Shown piece after piece: positions 60,854 through 64,000 of a stretch of 64,000 bases of DNA (within the stretch, counting starts at the first letter, position 1; each line of letters begins with the position of its first letter). Where the stretch lies: the NCBI GenBank assembly GCA_047947115.1, contig CP170459.1, positions 1,664,001 through 1,728,000 on the forward strand, given 5' to 3'. The position numbers were made by a program, and so were the translations under genes. Source of the DNA: Verrucomicrobiota bacterium (GTDB lineage Bacteria; Verrucomicrobiota; Verrucomicrobiia; Limisphaerales; AAA164-E04). The notes beneath the pieces are model-generated. The model was not told the DNA's origin. It worked only from the letters and a program-made list of their open reading frames with translations, and made no database searches.

Positions 60854-62641
60854 TCAGAATCGCCCGATGACCATCTTGCGATCCTGCTGCCACTTCAAAC
60901 GATTGTGCAAACTGGAGATCCAACTGCTTGTTGAAGTGATCGGATCCGAGCTGGGCAAGGACCATGTGTGTCCCACGATGGCTCCGTTGTCATCGATCAA
61001 TACCCCGATGGTTCCGGTTCCGATGCCTTCCAATTCTACACCGTTCATTTCCCTTGTGTCATTGCTGTGTGGGTTGGAGGTGGAATCCAACACTTGGACA
61101 GGAACATACCAGGTGCCTGCCAAGTTGGGATTCGCATCTTGATGGGTTGCGGGATATTCAACTGCCGCGCTCCAATCAATCGCATTGATCAGCATGGTGT
61201 GCCCCGACCAACTGGAGATATAGCGGATAGCTATCACGTCGCCAGCATAGGCATCGGTGAAGGCGTGGATCTGGCTCGAGAATCCTGCCTGCTGCTCAAT
61301 CAAGTCCACATACTGAGTGGAACCTGGACTGGATGTTTTACGCACTTCATTCTTTTTCGTATCGAAGAATTCGTAATCTCTCCAGGAATGTCCATAGGCT
61401 TCCTGTAACAGCAAGCTGAGCAAGGTCGTGCCTTTGGTGTTGTTCATCGGCAGGATGCCATTTGCTTCATCCGCAAATTGGATCATGGCTGGATTGGAAC
61501 TGCTACCCCAACTTCCGCCGTTGCGATTGATGTCGGTTCCGTCTTGATCGACAAAGACGCCGGCTGCCTGGATTGTCAGGATTTGGTCCAACAAGGTTCT
61601 TCCCAAGACCATGAATGAAGGAACTTCACCTGTGGTTGGTTCTGGATCTTCCGCGGTGGTGTTTGAGTCCACGACATCGTTGTTCGCTGTGGCTTCACTA
61701 GTGCCGGAGTTTGTGCCTGATGTGACGTCGTCCATGTTATTGCTCTGCGATGGTGCCAGATCCAATCGGCCGATCACCAATTCATCTACATCCATCAAAT
61801 TGATTTTTCCATTCAAGCTTGAGACCCAGGATGCCGTTTCAGAGGCGTAATCCGCTGATGGAAGACTCCATGTGTGACCGATGATGGTGCCGTTGGGATC
61901 CGTCAACAGTCCCATGGTTCCGACACCGGCCCCGTGGGTTTCATGCAAGAAGCCGTTTTATTCCACCAAACGCGTGTCATAGCTGTGATAGCCATTTGAA
62001 CTGTCCAAAACATCGACTTCGTAATAGATGGTTCCGGCCAGATGGTTCAACGATGCGAGCTGATTCGAATCATAGGGCATGGGCTGACCAATCAAGACCT
62101 CCTTGATGATCCAAACATGTCCCGAGGTGTCCCCGACTTCGCGTTTAACCATGATATCGCCTGGTTGCACGTCTTGGATCTGAAAGATTTGATCCTTGAA
62201 TCCAACCTGTTGTTTCACGAGTTCCATGTAACGATGAGCGTTGGGACTGGCGGTCGTCACGTTTTTCCCGACGTTCGGGTCATAGAACTGATAGTTGCTC
62301 CAGTTCCAATTGAAGGAGTGGTTCAACAATTTGGTGACAAAGTTTCCGCAGACACTGTTGTTTTTGGGAAGGATGTTCTGGTTGTGATCACCCACTTCGA
62401 CAATCAAGTCGTTGTTCCAGCTGCCGCCATATTGATTCAGGGGAACCATGTTGTCGTCGGTGAACTGACCTGCTGTTTGGTGAATGAGCAAGTGTTCCAC
62501 CAGTTCCAATCCCATGTCGAGATGATCGGTCGTTCCGGCTTGGGCTCCGAGTGATGCCGCTCCCGTGATGCCTGCCCAGATGGTGCAGGTAAGCAATTTG
62601 AAGGTTGATTTCATAGCGTTGTTTTTGATGTCCGGTTTCAT
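60854..62641 (-). pseudogene. Secreted protein with two tandem NlpC/P60-like domains, interrupted by in-frame TAA at 61958-61960
   Basis: ORFs 61958-62641 and 60854-61948 are in frame; both halves share GGSW, SP..Y..L..QQ.GF, GD, SGH, VLDS..H..DTR, G.GT.G, GHTWSLPS. Confidence 0.75.
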
Positions 62642-62896
62642 GTTTTGTGCTTTCTATGCGGAGAAATTCCGTATGATCACCCTTGTTGCAACCGGCGTGC
62701 CAAGTGCGTGAAAGCGCGTCGTGCGAAAGGTGGGTGATCGGTGAAAACCCGCATGAACAAAGGGGAAAGATAGATTGTAAAAAATTTACTTTCTTAAACG
62801 CGGATTGTGGCATGGGTTTATGCCGGGTCTATGCGGATACTGCGCTCATCCGCATAGAAACCCTATGCGTAATCCAGATGGAGAACAGTTCAACAT

Positions 62897-63301
62897 GTAG
62901 CCATCCACGTAAGAAGTAGCCGCCTTCGCAAGAAGTAGCCATCCTCGTAAGAAGTAGCCGCCTTCGCAAGAAGGTGGATCCCAGCATGGAGGTGAGTTGT
63001 CTGGTCAATGCTCTATCTGGTAGGGGCGCGATGCAGCGCGACCGGTGGCGGGGACGCTCAACGCGATGAGTTTTTCGAATACCCAAACGCGCCCACGGCC
63101 AAGCGGCAGCTTGGCCCTACCCGGTCAAGGGTCTGCTGATGTGGGAGGTGTGTTGAGAGTTTGTATGCGTATGTCCACCTTCTGGCAAAGGCGGCTACTT
63201 GAAAGTGTAGCCGCGTTTTCAAAAACGTGGTACTCGACATCATGAATGGGTGGCTCAACGCGTTAGGTTTGCAGGCTCCACCTTCTGGTGAAGGCGGCTA
63301 C
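62897..63301. repeat. GTAG-type REP cluster
   Basis: Four 19-bp tandem units GTAGCC(A/G)...AAGAA at 62897-62972; inverted partners TCCACCTTCTGG..AAGGCGGCTAC at ~63174 and ~63277. Confidence 0.8.
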
Positions 63302-63398
63302 TTGGGTGGGGCGGTGCTTAGGGTATGCGGATGTTATGCGGAGGTTGTGTGGACTATGAAGAGGGTGTGCGCATAGAGTTGGGAATGTGGTGGAAGGA

Positions 63399-64000
63399 AT
63401 GAGTTTGAAGATGGTGGCTGGCGTTTCGGGGCATGTGTCGGGGTTGGAAAGGGCGGCGGTTGCGGACGCTACACTGTCGATTTATCCCTATGTCGAAGAT
63501 ATCAAGAATGGGGGCCATGCGCCTTTCAGTAGTCAGGACACATTCAAAGATGGATTCTACGCATTCTATAACCTTCCTCCGGGTTCATACATACTGGCTC
63601 TCAGAAATCGTCAGCATGAATCGGATCGAATCACCTGGTCCGAATATTTTGAAATCAAACCCAATGTGGATATCGAAGTGGATTTCGCCGAGCGTGATCC
63701 TTGGTTGGGGCATTGGACTCACTACAGTGGTCGGGATGGTCTCGCGAGCATGGCCAATCAATCCTTGTTTCAGGATAGCAAGGGATACCTGTGGATCGGG
63801 TCCGGTAGCCAGGGGGTGCCCGGCAACGGGGTTTCAAGATATGACGGCAAACAGTTCGAAGTGTTTACGGTGGACACCCCGTCGGTGAACGAAAAGATCA
63901 CCAGCATTGCCGAAACCCGGGACGGCACGCTTTGGTTTGCGTCAAAAAGCGGTTTGTTTCGGCTGGGTGAGACTCAGCTGATTTCTGTTGTTTTGCAGGG
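63399..64000 (+). CDS. Two-component-regulator propeller protein (ligand-binding sensor), runs off window
   Basis: Open frame: DGFYAFYNLPPGSY, RDGLAS, LFQDSKGYLWIG, GVSRYDG, IAETRDGTLWF. Confidence 0.8.
   Translation, partial: MSLKMVAGVSGHVSGLERAAVADATLSIYPYVEDIKNGGHAPFSSQDTFKDGFYAFYNLPPGSYILALRNRQHESDRITWSEYFEIKPNVDIEVDFAERDPWLGHWTHYSGRDGLASMANQSLFQDSKGYLWIGSGSQGVPGNGVSRYDGKQFEVFTVDTPSVNEKITSIAETRDGTLWFASKSGLFRLGETQLISVVLQ

Noticed and set aside
62897..62972. Possible CRISPR array
   Set aside because: Units are contiguous 19-mers without unique spacers and no cas genes are present; better explained as REPs

Overview
Bacterial chromosomal window, probably from a flagellated Verrucomicrobiota/PVC-group organism (inferred from the PSD/DUF1552 gene pair and PVC-style secreted proteins). 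From left to right it contains: prmC-murA; a small Zn-ribbon gene behind a structured leader; an orphan trans-AT-like malonyltransferase; a sigma-28-driven late flagellar cluster (hybrid kinase, fliC, fliD, flgM-like, fliS); and two secreted metallohydrolases. Next is a ~19.7 kb phage-satellite-like island integrated at tRNA-Glu. It has 33-bp att repeats, integrase, xis-like gene, primase, helicase, a putative ori and a TerS-like gene, and carries a SAM-I/IV riboswitch, two IS elements and a surface-protein cargo. After gnd comes an accessory region: BlaI/BlaR1, two TA loci, a GH84 O-GlcNAcase + GNAT + orphan PTS-IIC cluster, an IS110 remnant and a DUF4062 + Schlafen/AlbA_2 + membrane-protein operon (candidate defence system). 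The window ends with a tRNA-Ala relic, a PSD/DUF1552 pair, mtfA, a tandem NlpC/P60-like gene and REP clusters. Many accessory genes carry single nonsense or 1-bp deletion lesions. All family calls are from motif recognition by eye; no searches were run.
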